Below are positions 1 through 9,233 of a DNA stretch of 64,000 bases, one piece after another. A program made the position numbers and the translations under genes. Within the stretch, counting starts at the first letter, position 1; every line of letters begins with the position of its first letter. Source of the stretch: a virus; the UHGV virus genome UHGV-0197549; one strand, 5' to 3'. Below the pieces are notes generated by a model, which worked only from the letters and a program-made list of their open reading frames with translations, ran no database searches and had not been told where the DNA came from.

Positions 1-591
1 ATGCATATATTTTCCAAACGACACGCTTTCCGCTTTCAGGAAGGCAAGGGCAGGTTTCTCGTTTCCGGGACGCTCTTTTTACTGTTACTTTTATTCAACC
101 CGTATAGTTCGCAGGCGCAACGCGTGGCTGTAAAGACCAACCTTGTGCAATGGGGCGCCGCTTCACCGAACCTCGGGCTGGAGTTTGCACTGGGAGACAG
201 GTTTTCCCTGGAATGTACCAGCGGAGCAAGCCCTATACGTCTTTTCGACACATGGTATTTCAAGCACCTGCATTTGCAGCCCGAACTCAAATACTGGTTC
301 GGAACGCTGATGGCGGGCCATTATGTCGGCGCTACCGCTTTCTTCTCTACTTTCGACCTTGCGATGGGGAAAAGGGCAGCTTTCGGCGATGCATACGCTT
401 TCGGGGCTACCTACGGTTATCAATGGATTCTCTCACGGCGATGGAATGTGGAACTGGCTGCCGGTCTGGGAGCCATCCGACACCGCACGGTACGTTATGT
501 GCCCGGCACCGGACATGGCGAGCCCAATCAGTCGGGCTGGGCCATCGCGCCCGTCAAGCTGGGAATCTCCTTTGTATATATACTCAAATAA
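1..591 (+). CDS. DUF3575-like outer-membrane beta-barrel protein; may extend upstream of the window
   Basis: ORF with N-terminal signal peptide (LFLLLLLFNPYSSQAQ) and alternating aromatic/Gly beta-strand pattern typical of small Bacteroidales OM beta-barrels; family assignment is from memory. Confidence 0.45.
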   Translation: MHIFSKRHAFRFQEGKGRFLVSGTLFLLLLLFNPYSSQAQRVAVKTNLVQWGAASPNLGLEFALGDRFSLECTSGASPIRLFDTWYFKHLHLQPELKYWFGTLMAGHYVGATAFFSTFDLAMGKRAAFGDAYAFGATYGYQWILSRRWNVELAAGLGAIRHRTVRYVPGTGHGEPNQSGWAIAPVKLGISFVYILK

Positions 592-601
592 AACAAACGA
601 T

Positions 602-3310
602 ATGAAACTGATACAAAGAATAGTATTGGCTGTGGTGTGCTTATTTGCCGCACTGCCTTCATTCTGCCAGAATCCGAAAATGGAAATTACAGGTACGGTG
701 ATGGATGACGACGGGCTGCCCGCCATGTCGATTGTCATCCGGGACAAGACGGAGAACGGGGATGTATATGGTATCACGGACTATGACGGTAACTTTAAGA
801 TCATGGCAGACCCTACCACCAGCCTGCACCTCTCGGGATTGACGTATGCGCCGAAGGTGGTGAAGCTGAAAGGAAAGCAGAAAATCAACGTGGTGATGTC
901 CTTTGATACACAACAGTTGGATGAGGTGGTGATTGTGGCCAAACGTATCACCAACAAGCTGGCGCCGGAACCTACCGATATTGAGATTGTAGGCAACCAG
1001 TATATCATCCGTCCGAAGGTGAAGATACCCAAAGAAATGTTCAAGCCCAACAGCCGGGTAATTGTACAGCCGATGCTGGTGAATATCACAAGGAACACAC
1101 AGAAGCTGTTCCGCCCCGCCGTGGTGACGGGCAAGGAATACGCCATCACGCTGGAACGCATGATGGAATTCGACCTCACGCAAGACCCCCTGCATCCCTA
1201 TTATGAGAAAAGCAAGCGGATTGATGGTAACGAGGTCATCGCTTATGTAGACTCACTGTATCTGGACGATCCCGACGACGAGTGCCGCTGTGACATCTTC
1301 ATGTACTTGGTGAATTACCGCAGGACAACCTATCAGGACACGGTGGTGATAGCCAAAGGTACCATCAACCCGATGCGGTTCTTCGACTTCAATATCGGGG
1401 CACAGAAGATTACGGACGAGAAGTACGTGCCACGACCGAAAAAGCAGTTGCGCGGGGACAAGGGACAGGTGAACCTCACCTTCCTTATCAATACGGCCAA
1501 GATAGACTATGACGACCCGAACAACACGGTGGAACTGGAAAAGATGCAGGGAAAGCTCACCCATGTGGATAATGACCCGAATTCGGAGTTCATGGCATTC
1601 AGCGTTACCGCTATATCATCGCCGGAAGGCCCGTACCAGAGTAATCTCAAACTGGCATGGAAGCGTGTGGCTACCGCCAAAGAAACCATTCTGAAATGCC
1701 TCAATCCGGGTACTGTGCTTGCCATGCAGGACAGTATCAGTTTGGATGCGCGGGTGGATACCTGGGAAAGCGTGGCGGCCCTCATGGAGAGGGATTCGGT
1801 GCCTGCCGAAGGGGTAAGGGAAGCCATAGAACGTAATCCGGGAAATATGGAAGCGCAGTACCGGCAGATAGTACGCCTGCCAAATTACCGTAGTGTCATC
1901 TTCAGCGATTACCTGAAACAACTCAGACGGGTGGAATACAGTTTCAGCTATTCGGTGATGAGACTGCTCAATGATGACGAAATCCGCCAGATGTACAAGA
2001 AGAATTACAAGGACCTTGTACAGTATGAGTTCTGGCGCATGTATGTGAACGCCAAGACGGATGCGGAAAGGGAAAAGATATGCTGGCAGGCACTGGAGGT
2101 TTATCCTAAGTTTATGCTGTTTGCCAACGAGCTGGCAGTGATACTGATAGACCGCAAAGAGGCGGATGTTACCTTATTAGAGCCTTTCATCACCGACAAG
2201 GCACCGCAGGAACTGCTTTGCAACCACATTATAGCCTTGTTGGACGATAAAGACTATGTTCGCGCCGACTCCGTAGCCTCGATGCTGATGGACAGTCCGG
2301 TAACGGCCGACGTGAAGGCGCTTGCCGGAGCGTTCAACGGTAACTTCCAGGCGGCTTACGACCGGTTTGCATCCCGTGGGGGAACAAACGAGGTGGTTCT
2401 TCTTCTGGCACTCAAACGCAACGAGGAAGCTTTTGACAAGACGGACGAATTGCCGGATGAAGCGCTTACCTATTATCTGCGTGCCGTAGCTGCCAACAGG
2501 CTGGACAAGATTACGGATGCTTTTGCTAATTTGAAGAAAGCGTTTGCGGCTGATCCCAAGCTGAAGGATGTGGCACGGATAGACGGGGACGTGACGGATT
2601 TGCTGCAACAGTTGGAGGATGAAGAAAAGGAGAAGGCGGAACAAGCGAAGCTGGCGAAGGAGAAAAAGAAGGAGAAGGAAGATGCGGGCGGTGAAGAACC
2701 GGTTGTCCCTGCAACCACGGAAGAATCCGGAGTTTCGCTGAATATTGAAACGACTGTAACCGATATAAAGGGGAAGGTCAAGAAGGCGAAAGCACCCAAG
2801 GAAAAGAAACCCAAGAAGGAGAAGAAGCCTAAAAAGCAAAAGGTGAAAAAGGATGAGAAGGACGGGAAGGCGGAAGAAGCAACAACGACGGACTTAACGC
2901 CGGAAGCTTTGTCTAATGGTACGGACAGCGTACGCATGGAACTCAAAGCGATCACCGACACCATCAGCCCGATCACTCCTATTGTGATAACAGACACGAT
3001 AAGCAACACCGCTCCGGTTATAGAGGAAGCCATCATCGGGGACACCATCGCCGAGCCGGGAGCGGAAGCACCGGCTGAAAAGGTGGAGAAAGCAAAGAAG
3101 GTGAAAAAGGAGAAGAAGGTGAAAGCCAAGAAAGAAAAGGGCAAGAAAGAAAAGAAAGCCAAGGAACCGGCTCAAACGGAAGGTGAAAGCGATGCGGTTG
3201 CCGCCCAAGCACCGGAACCCAGCCGGGCGGAGATGAAACGCAATAAGGGAGGAAACGGAGAAGAAAATAACGATAAAAAGGAAGATGACAATGAAAACGA
3301 AACCAAATAA
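602..3310 (+). CDS. large secreted or lipoprotein-like protein with C-terminal Lys/Glu-rich low-complexity tail
   Basis: In-frame ATG at 602 followed by signal peptide MKLIQRIVLAVVCLFAALPSFC; long ORF; C-terminal ~250 aa dominated by KEKK/KKEK repeats. Confidence 0.55.
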   Translation: MKLIQRIVLAVVCLFAALPSFCQNPKMEITGTVMDDDGLPAMSIVIRDKTENGDVYGITDYDGNFKIMADPTTSLHLSGLTYAPKVVKLKGKQKINVVMSFDTQQLDEVVIVAKRITNKLAPEPTDIEIVGNQYIIRPKVKIPKEMFKPNSRVIVQPMLVNITRNTQKLFRPAVVTGKEYAITLERMMEFDLTQDPLHPYYEKSKRIDGNEVIAYVDSLYLDDPDDECRCDIFMYLVNYRRTTYQDTVVIAKGTINPMRFFDFNIGAQKITDEKYVPRPKKQLRGDKGQVNLTFLINTAKIDYDDPNNTVELEKMQGKLTHVDNDPNSEFMAFSVTAISSPEGPYQSNLKLAWKRVATAKETILKCLNPGTVLAMQDSISLDARVDTWESVAALMERDSVPAEGVREAIERNPGNMEAQYRQIVRLPNYRSVIFSDYLKQLRRVEYSFSYSVMRLLNDDEIRQMYKKNYKDLVQYEFWRMYVNAKTDAEREKICWQALEVYPKFMLFANELAVILIDRKEADVTLLEPFITDKAPQELLCNHIIALLDDKDYVRADSVASMLMDSPVTADVKALAGAFNGNFQAAYDRFASRGGTNEVVLLLALKRNEEAFDKTDELPDEALTYYLRAVAANRLDKITDAFANLKKAFAADPKLKDVARIDGDVTDLLQQLEDEEKEKAEQAKLAKEKKKEKEDAGGEEPVVPATTEESGVSLNIETTVTDIKGKVKKAKAPKEKKPKKEKKPKKQKVKKDEKDGKAEEATTTDLTPEALSNGTDSVRMELKAITDTISPITPIVITDTISNTAPVIEEAIIGDTIAEPGAEAPAEKVEKAKKVKKEKKVKAKKEKGKKEKKAKEPAQTEGESDAVAAQAPEPSRAEMKRNKGGNGEENNDKKEDDNENETK

Positions 3311-4475
3311 GACTGGGTACCTGTTGATAGCCCTACTGTTTTTGATGTGCCTGCCTGCGGGCATGATGGCGCAAAACCGCCAGAAGAAGGACACCGTTCA
3401 ACGGAAAGAGAACATCAAGGCGTCCGAATACATGATACCCAAACGCCGGGGCGCGGACAAGTTCGCCTCAAAGAAGGGAACGGAACATCTGTTCTTCTCA
3501 GCCGGCGCCGGCATGACGCGGTTATTTGATATGGGAAGTAAATTCGCCGCCCACGGTCCGAGGGCTTCGCTGTATGCGGGCAACTGGATAACACCGGTCA
3601 TCGGTATCCGTGGCGGAGTGGATTACAGCATGTGGCGGGGTGACAAGGCTACCAACCTCGTAGGGGTAAGCGCGGATTACCTGATTAACCTCAGCTCTTT
3701 TGCAGCGAGATATAATCCCAAACGCGTGTTTGAAGTGGTGGCTGTTATAGGCATCAGCTACCAGGCAACCATGATGCCCGGAGTGGAAACCATCCATTCA
3801 TACGGGCTGCATGGGGGATTGCAGGGGAAATTCAATATTTCCCCCGCCTTCAACCTGTTCATCGAGCCGCAGTTAGGGCTGTACCCCGACCGCCTGGACA
3901 ATCATTTCTCATGGAGGCGCTATGACCTGGTTGCCTCCGCTATGGTGGGCATCACTTATAAGCCTTCGGGATTCAGCCAGTCATGGTTGTTGCAGAACGG
4001 CTTCGCCTCGGTTTCAGCCGGAACGGGGAACACGGGGAACATGCTGTTCAATACGGAATTTGCACTGGGCAAATGGCTCGGGAAGTCACGTATAAACGGC
4101 ATCCGCATCTCGGCGGGAAGCAGCACGGCATTTCTGGACAGCGATGACAACGGGGCGGACAAGGATTTCAATGTGAACCTTTGCGCCGATTATCTCTGTA
4201 ACCTCACGACTTTGTTTGCCGACCGCAAGAGCCGGGTGTTCGACCTGATCTTCGCCGGAGGTATCGGAAGTTATTTCCCCGGTGCGGAATCCTCCGCCCC
4301 TATCGTTCTGAACGGACGCATCGGGTTACAGGGACAAATGAGGTTGTCGGAGTTTATGGGCGTATGGATTGAGCCCCGAATCAACATATTCAAGGACAAG
4401 AGCTACCGAGCGGACTTGCAGGAACCCATACGGGGGACGGTAGGCGTAATGATAGGAACCAGTTATAAATTTTAA
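3285..4475 (+). CDS. outer-membrane beta-barrel (porin/OmpA-like) protein
   Basis: Signal peptide LLIALLFLMCLPAGMMAQ; Gly/aromatic-rich alternating pattern; C-terminal aromatic residue (KF). Confidence 0.5.
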   Translation: MTMKTKPNKTGYLLIALLFLMCLPAGMMAQNRQKKDTVQRKENIKASEYMIPKRRGADKFASKKGTEHLFFSAGAGMTRLFDMGSKFAAHGPRASLYAGNWITPVIGIRGGVDYSMWRGDKATNLVGVSADYLINLSSFAARYNPKRVFEVVAVIGISYQATMMPGVETIHSYGLHGGLQGKFNISPAFNLFIEPQLGLYPDRLDNHFSWRRYDLVASAMVGITYKPSGFSQSWLLQNGFASVSAGTGNTGNMLFNTEFALGKWLGKSRINGIRISAGSSTAFLDSDDNGADKDFNVNLCADYLCNLTTLFADRKSRVFDLIFAGGIGSYFPGAESSAPIVLNGRIGLQGQMRLSEFMGVWIEPRINIFKDKSYRADLQEPIRGTVGVMIGTSYKF

Positions 4476-4481
4476 GGATAC

Positions 4482-4808
4482 ATGCGGAAAGGAAAGGCGG
4501 GTCTCTTGAAAAGGGAGATTATTACAGAAGTCTGTAAGCGGGTGAAGTGTATGAGAAAGGAAGCTGATGGCATCATAAATGCTTATACGGATGTGATAAT
4601 CGAAGAGTTGAAGGAGGAACGCTCTTTCAGGATAGAGCGGCTGGGAACGCTGCGATATGTGCGCTCGCAGCCACGGAACGGGTTTAACCCGCTCAAACAA
4701 AAGAAGGAAGTTTTCACAGGTAGAAACAAGATAAAGTTCACTCCCTCGAAGGCGGTGGCAAAGTTGCTCAATCCGCCGGAAGATGCCGGGGAGGATAAAG
4801 AAGATTAA
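4482..4808 (+). CDS. HU-family DNA-binding protein
   Basis: C-terminal segment RLGTLRYVRSQPRNGFNPLKQKKEVFTGRNKIKFTPSKAVAKL matches the HU/IHF arm motif (GFGTF..R.ARNP.TGE...I.A...F). Confidence 0.7.
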   Translation: MRKGKAGLLKREIITEVCKRVKCMRKEADGIINAYTDVIIEELKEERSFRIERLGTLRYVRSQPRNGFNPLKQKKEVFTGRNKIKFTPSKAVAKLLNPPEDAGEDKED

Positions 4809-4929
4809 AAAGACACTATATTTCCCACGAAATATAATTGGGGGCTGTAACGAACTGTTGTGAAACATTCTGCCCCGTTTCTCACTAATAAACGTTCATG
4901 CTGTGAAGCATGGCCTTATTTCCCTAAAA

Positions 4930-4982
4930 GGCGCCCTGCCGTGAATTTCCCTAACCCCAGCGGACGGGGCGCCTTATTTTTT
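4930..4982 (+). terminator. rho-independent terminator after the HU gene
   Basis: GC stem GGCGCCC...GGGCGCC followed by TTATTTTTT. Confidence 0.7.
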
Positions 4983-5123
4983 GAGAATAATACATCATTT
5001 CATATATGACCGGCTGCGTCAGGAGTGGCGATAGCCTTATTGTTTGTTTTGTTTTTAGGCACCTAATGTATTGTGAAATACTTGTGGCTAATAAGCCCTT
5101 CGCCGTAAAAGGCAAGGGCTTTC

Positions 5124-5393
5124 TTACTTCCGGACAGGACGGGCGTGAATCTCCACCCGTTTGTCATCAAGGATACGTTTCATGGCTTTCCAGACGGGCA
5201 TCTCTTCGACACCCGCAATCTTCAAAGCTTCTACAATCATGGTGTTCTCCACGAACCGGAGATATTCGTCTTCAGGAACCGGGATACGCCTGTCTTCCTG
5301 TGTTTTAAGTCTTGCCATAGGGAGTTTTGTTTTAGGAGTGGTAAAGGGAGGACTGCCTATTTTCACAAACCGGACGTCCTTTGGATTAAACAA
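5124..5393 (-). CDS. small basic protein at the left edge of the element (possible Xis/DNA-binding protein)
   Basis: ORF only; basic and small (MARLKTQEDRRIPVPEDEYLRF...); function inferred from position and size alone. Confidence 0.3.
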   Translation of the reverse strand: MFNPKDVRFVKIGSPPFTTPKTKLPMARLKTQEDRRIPVPEDEYLRFVENTMIVEALKIAGVEEMPVWKAMKRILDDKRVEIHARPVRK

Positions 5394-5443
5394 ACAAATA
5401 TAAAAATCTTCTAATTTCTTCTGTACTTGCTAATTTCGACAGT

Positions 5444-5860
5444 TCATTTCCGTCCGAAATCGGCGGGAATTTCTCCCCATTCGTCATTTTTCCAGTGAAT
5501 AATTTGAACAGTAGCCACCTGTGCCGACATGACTTTGAGGAAACATTCGGCACGCAGCAGGTCGGTTACGGGCTTTTTGGATGCCGTCTTCTTGTCACGG
5601 AACCAGGCGATAGCCGTCAAGCTATCGGTGTAAACAGTCCGGGGGTGGTAGTCATGCTCCAATATGTATTTCACCGCCGCGATTACGCCCAGGAACTCAC
5701 CGATATTCACGGTCTTGTTGTCAAGGGAACGGTAGAACAGTTCTTCACCTGTTTTCAGGTCTACGGCACGGTATTCGGTCAGGCCGTTCTTGTGGGAATG
5801 CGCGCAGTCGGTGGCGATGCCCTCTGTAGGGCGGCTACCGGACGTCATAGCCGTCTTCAC
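5444..5860 (-). CDS. ribonuclease HI-like protein
   Basis: Motifs align with E. coli RNase HI: TDCAH (DGS-type Asp), IGEFLGV (Glu48 region), VYTDS (Asp70), KTASKKPVTDLL (cf. KTADKKPVKNVDL), C-terminal HWKNDEWGEIPADF. Confidence 0.7.
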   Translation of the reverse strand: MKTAMTSGSRPTEGIATDCAHSHKNGLTEYRAVDLKTGEELFYRSLDNKTVNIGEFLGVIAAVKYILEHDYHPRTVYTDSLTAIAWFRDKKTASKKPVTDLLRAECFLKVMSAQVATVQIIHWKNDEWGEIPADFGRK

Positions 5861-6341
5861 GCATCTGCCGGATTACCTCTTCCGCACGGTCGAGGAAGTC
5901 GGAAATAACGCCGCTCTGGTTGGAAATATCATTCCTTTTGTTCAGTATTGCCAGCACTCCGGCTTTGGTGCGGCTGGAAGAGGTCTTGCCATTTAAGGGG
6001 TCGAAATAAACAGTCTTGCCACCGAAATGCACAGTCACCTGATATGTTTTTCCGGGCACGACGAAAGATTCAACGGTAGCGTTGAAGAGTACCCGGACGG
6101 CGGATGTGACCACGTATCCGTTTTTTCTGTGCATGGGTTTGAGTTCTACATCATACAGGGTATCGGGGAGAACCACCCCTTCCAGTTCTTCGGAAAGGAT
6201 ACAGATCCTCTTCCGGTAAACGGATTCCTCACGGACACCTTTAAGTATGTTGTCTTTGGTTCTGGAAACAAATCCGACGAGCTTGCCCGTTTTGGGGGAT
6301 TTTACGAATTTCAACTGTGTCTTCTCAGTCCTATCAGTCAT
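5835..6341 (-). CDS. hypothetical protein (168 aa) overlapping the RNase H start by ~26 bp
   Basis: ORF with operon-like overlap; no motif recognised. Confidence 0.45.
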   Translation of the reverse strand: MTDRTEKTQLKFVKSPKTGKLVGFVSRTKDNILKGVREESVYRKRICILSEELEGVVLPDTLYDVELKPMHRKNGYVVTSAVRVLFNATVESFVVPGKTYQVTVHFGGKTVYFDPLNGKTSSSRTKAGVLAILNKRNDISNQSGVISDFLDRAEEVIRQMREDGYDVR

Positions 6342-6510
6342 TATGCCTATGTCATAGGTTCAATATCTTATCAGTCAATTAACAATATGGATTCAATCAA
6401 TTAATGCTTTCCAGCGGAACAAAATTAGGGCTTTGAAACCGGATTTCCAAATAATCGGGATGATTATTTTCCGGCTCCAAAGCCCTGTATTGATAGGGAT
6501 TTAACGCTCC

Positions 6511-7161
6511 TTAACGCAGCCTTTGGGCCTTCGAAAAGTGGGCAAAACGCTCGTCCGTACGGGACGTGTTGAACGGAAATTCACACTTCCAGTAACGGTA
6601 GACTCTATCTTCGGGTGAAGTCCTGTAATACACGTCGTTATGGTCTATCCACTGCACCCCCTGTTCGGTGTTCCTGTCTATATATGTGGGACTGTCCGGA
6701 ATCTTGGGGTTGGGACCTGCATAAAGGTTGCACTTGTCACGGCCTTCCACAAATATACAGTGAATTTCTAAGATCGGATCGACATCATATTTGCGGGCGA
6801 ATGCTGCGAACTCGTAAATATCCGTCTCATACAAGCTACCGCCGAAGTGTTCGGGCGCTTCCTTTTGCAGGCGTTCCATGGCTTCCTGAATGGGTTTGCG
6901 GGATTCGATTTCCTTCAGGCGTGCGGGAGTAACCGCTTTACTTGTCACGTAGGCTATCCGGAACCCGTCACCGCCACTGTCGGTGACATGGAGGTTGCAG
7001 AGGTGTTCCACCCTTTTCCAGGCATCGTCTATCGGGTCGGTGGTATCGGCGCAATCCTTGATGCAGATGATAATGACGCCAAATACCACCATGATGGGTA
7101 CAGAGAACCTTGCTATAAGGATAATCCATACCTGCGTGTTGTCGTTATTCTTCGGGCTCAT
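6511..7161 (-). CDS. hypothetical membrane-anchored protein
   Basis: Start chosen at MSPKNNDNTQVWIILIARFSVPIMVVFGVIIICI (N-terminal TM helix); remainder hydrophilic; no family recognised. Confidence 0.45.
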   Translation of the reverse strand: MSPKNNDNTQVWIILIARFSVPIMVVFGVIIICIKDCADTTDPIDDAWKRVEHLCNLHVTDSGGDGFRIAYVTSKAVTPARLKEIESRKPIQEAMERLQKEAPEHFGGSLYETDIYEFAAFARKYDVDPILEIHCIFVEGRDKCNLYAGPNPKIPDSPTYIDRNTEQGVQWIDHNDVYYRTSPEDRVYRYWKCEFPFNTSRTDERFAHFSKAQRLR

Positions 7162-7495
7162 AGATTTTGAGTATGTGGGTTCCGTCTTCGTCGCGTGTCT
7201 CATTGGTACAGGTGGCATATCCCCGGGCGGTCAGCCTTTTGCGGTAGCTCTCCAGTTCTCCTGCCGGGAAGCGGGTCACATGGATGGCCGCACCGTTCTC
7301 TTCAAGGTAAAGCTCCTGCGGGATTTCCAAAGCCTGGGAGACAAGGGCGGAGTCTTCCAGAAAACACTCGTAATTACCGGCTACATGGAAAAGCACTATC
7401 GCGTCTCTCCCGAACCTTTCTTTCATTACGCCGACGATATGCCTGATATAGTCAGCGTTAATCAGTTGATTGTCTTTCATTTCTTCTTTTATCAA
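7145..7495 (-). CDS. stand-alone MutS domain I (mismatch-binding domain)-like protein
   Basis: YIRHIVGVMKERFGRDAIVLFHVAGNYECFLEDSALVSQALEI aligns to MutS domain I [38 protein letters not shown] (GxFYE to GNYE, Glu retained); HVTRFPAGELESYRKRLTARGYATC aligns to [26 protein letters not shown]. Confidence 0.65.
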   Translation of the reverse strand: MIKEEMKDNQLINADYIRHIVGVMKERFGRDAIVLFHVAGNYECFLEDSALVSQALEIPQELYLEENGAAIHVTRFPAGELESYRKRLTARGYATCTNETRDEDGTHILKIYEPEE

Positions 7496-7512
7496 TTGTT
7501 ATCAGTTAAACT

Positions 7513-7878
7513 TTATTCTATTTTTACCTGCCTGACAAGACACGCGTCGCACAACCCGCCGTAACGGGTGAACTTATACTTGCTCACAGGACTGCCGCAG
7601 CAGGTACAGGCGAATTTCTTATTGGCTTCTTTCTTGTAAATAATCAATTCGATGGCGCTCAGGGATAATCCGTAGGCTTCCGCCAAAGCGCGGGCGATGT
7701 GTCCGCCGTGGTGCCTACCCTGATTTTTGATTTCCATGTACTCGCTGCGGATAATGGCAGCACGGCAGGCGGAGGTGTCCAATACGTCGTGTTCGGAGAG
7801 CTTTTCAATCGTCGGACCGTCAATCTCCAGGATGCGGGATAGTTTCTCTTTTTCCCGGTTGGTCAATGTCTTTTTCAT
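7513..7878 (-). CDS. putative transcriptional regulator (HTH plus C-terminal zinc ribbon)
   Basis: Start at MKKTLTNREKEK; HTH-like IARALAEAYGLSLSAIELII; C-terminal CTCCG...CDAC. Confidence 0.5.
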   Translation of the reverse strand: MKKTLTNREKEKLSRILEIDGPTIEKLSEHDVLDTSACRAAIIRSEYMEIKNQGRHHGGHIARALAEAYGLSLSAIELIIYKKEANKKFACTCCGSPVSKYKFTRYGGLCDACLVRQVKIE

Positions 7879-8163
7879 GCAGTAAAGGTGGTTTGGAATA
7901 TATATAGGGAACGTTACGCACCATATATATAGTCGTTTGGTTAATAAATAGCTGTAAATTAGCCCGTTATTACCGTACCACTTTGCTATGTATAATGACA
8001 AGGCAAATATACGGTTTTCCGGGCGATTTATCGGTAAGGAAACAGGGTAAAAGAGAAGAATGCCCGGCCTTCTGTTCCTGTTCCTGCGGAAGATTAGGGA
8101 AAGCCGGGGAAATGAAGTTTGAAATGAAATAGGGAAGACGGCTCAGGTCCTGTGTTACCGCTA

Positions 8164-8514
8164 TTATCCCATAGTTATCAGGTGGTAACCCATCGAATCG
8201 AATTCGGCAGCTTTGATTAGGCCGCCCTCATAGGCTACTTTTATCTCCGGAAGCAACATGTCCTCATCCACACCGTAACGGTTCATGGTGTTAGTGCATA
8301 AATAGAACTGCACATTTTCACCCGCCAGACGGGTTATATTCTCTTTGAGGGTTTTCATATTCGTACGTTTCAGGCAGGATAGCAAAGCGGTGCCTATGGC
8401 AACGACGGCAATATTTTCTACTTTACCGGACTTCAATAAATTGTCGGCATGTGAGAAGGCTTGTTCCCAGTAGCCGTCTTCACGAATAAGGAATACAAAA
8501 CTGAATTTTTCCAT
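8164..8514 (-). CDS. DsrE/DsrF/TusD-like family protein
   Basis: 116 aa; VVAIGTALLSC...FYLCTNTMNRYGV...GYHLITMG matches the DsrE-fold pattern (GdGv...fyvCtns...Gi...gykvit). Confidence 0.55.
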   Translation of the reverse strand: MEKFSFVFLIREDGYWEQAFSHADNLLKSGKVENIAVVAIGTALLSCLKRTNMKTLKENITRLAGENVQFYLCTNTMNRYGVDEDMLLPEIKVAYEGGLIKAAEFDSMGYHLITMG

Positions 8515-8577
8515 GATATGCGGTTTTTCATGGAGAACAAATGGAAAAACATAATGTTCCGGATTTATGTCAGGATT

Positions 8578-8859
8578 TCATGACGACTCATTAATCCGGT
8601 TAATAAAAGTGGTGTCGGGACGCTGGAATTTGCCGTTGGCATAATCATTTGCCACCCTCTTATAGGTCAGGCCGCAAATGATGCCGCCGTCGGAATCTGC
8701 AAGTCCCATAGAATAGGCTTTATACTCGCCCACAGTCCTGAACTCTCTCACATCGACTGCGCCTCCATGGGCGTTGAGCCACTTGGTTGAAGGAATTTTC
8801 CCTGTCTCGTCATATTCCCTGACGGCTGAACCGCCGCAAATTACTGTTGCTTTTATCAT
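8578..8859 (-). CDS. hypothetical protein
   Basis: ORF; start taken at MIKATVICGG to avoid overlap with the next gene. Confidence 0.35.
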   Translation of the reverse strand: MIKATVICGGSAVREYDETGKIPSTKWLNAHGGAVDVREFRTVGEYKAYSMGLADSDGGIICGLTYKRVANDYANGKFQRPDTTFINRINESS

Positions 8860-8872
8860 GCTATATAAGGTT

Positions 8873-9217
8873 TTATTCGTTATTTCCCAGTTCGTCTTCA
8901 AATGTATCAAGCATATTTTCGTATAATCTGCACAGCCAGTCGAGGTTCTGGCAACCTAAGTCATGGCTGTATAAGGTGGCCGCAAAACCTGTATCTTCAT
9001 CCTCGACATCCAGACTGATACCGTCCTTGTCAAGGGAGACTTTCCTGACCGAAGAATCGTATGCGTTCCCATTATTGTCAAACCAAACGACATAACACAA
9101 GTCGTCCAGATCGTCGTCCAGTTCCAGTTCTTCAAGCCCACGCTCCTTCAGTAGATTGATAATGCTGTTCACAATCTCTTTTCGCAGTCCGTTTACCTTT
9201 TGTTGATAATCTTTCAT
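8873..9217 (-). CDS. small strongly acidic protein (DNA-mimic-like composition)
   Basis: ORF; runs of D/E (LEELELDDDLDDL, DVEDEDTGF). Confidence 0.45.
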   Translation of the reverse strand: MKDYQQKVNGLRKEIVNSIINLLKERGLEELELDDDLDDLCYVVWFDNNGNAYDSSVRKVSLDKDGISLDVEDEDTGFAATLYSHDLGCQNLDWLCRLYENMLDTFEDELGNNE

Positions 9218-9233
9218 AATCTAATTTCTTGGT

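Noticed and set aside
2177-3394. Minus-strand ORFs (220, 229, 166 aa) inside the Lys/Glu-rich gene
   Set aside because: They are antisense artefacts of the KEKK low-complexity coding repeats (poly-F/L/S translations) and overlap a better-supported plus-strand gene.
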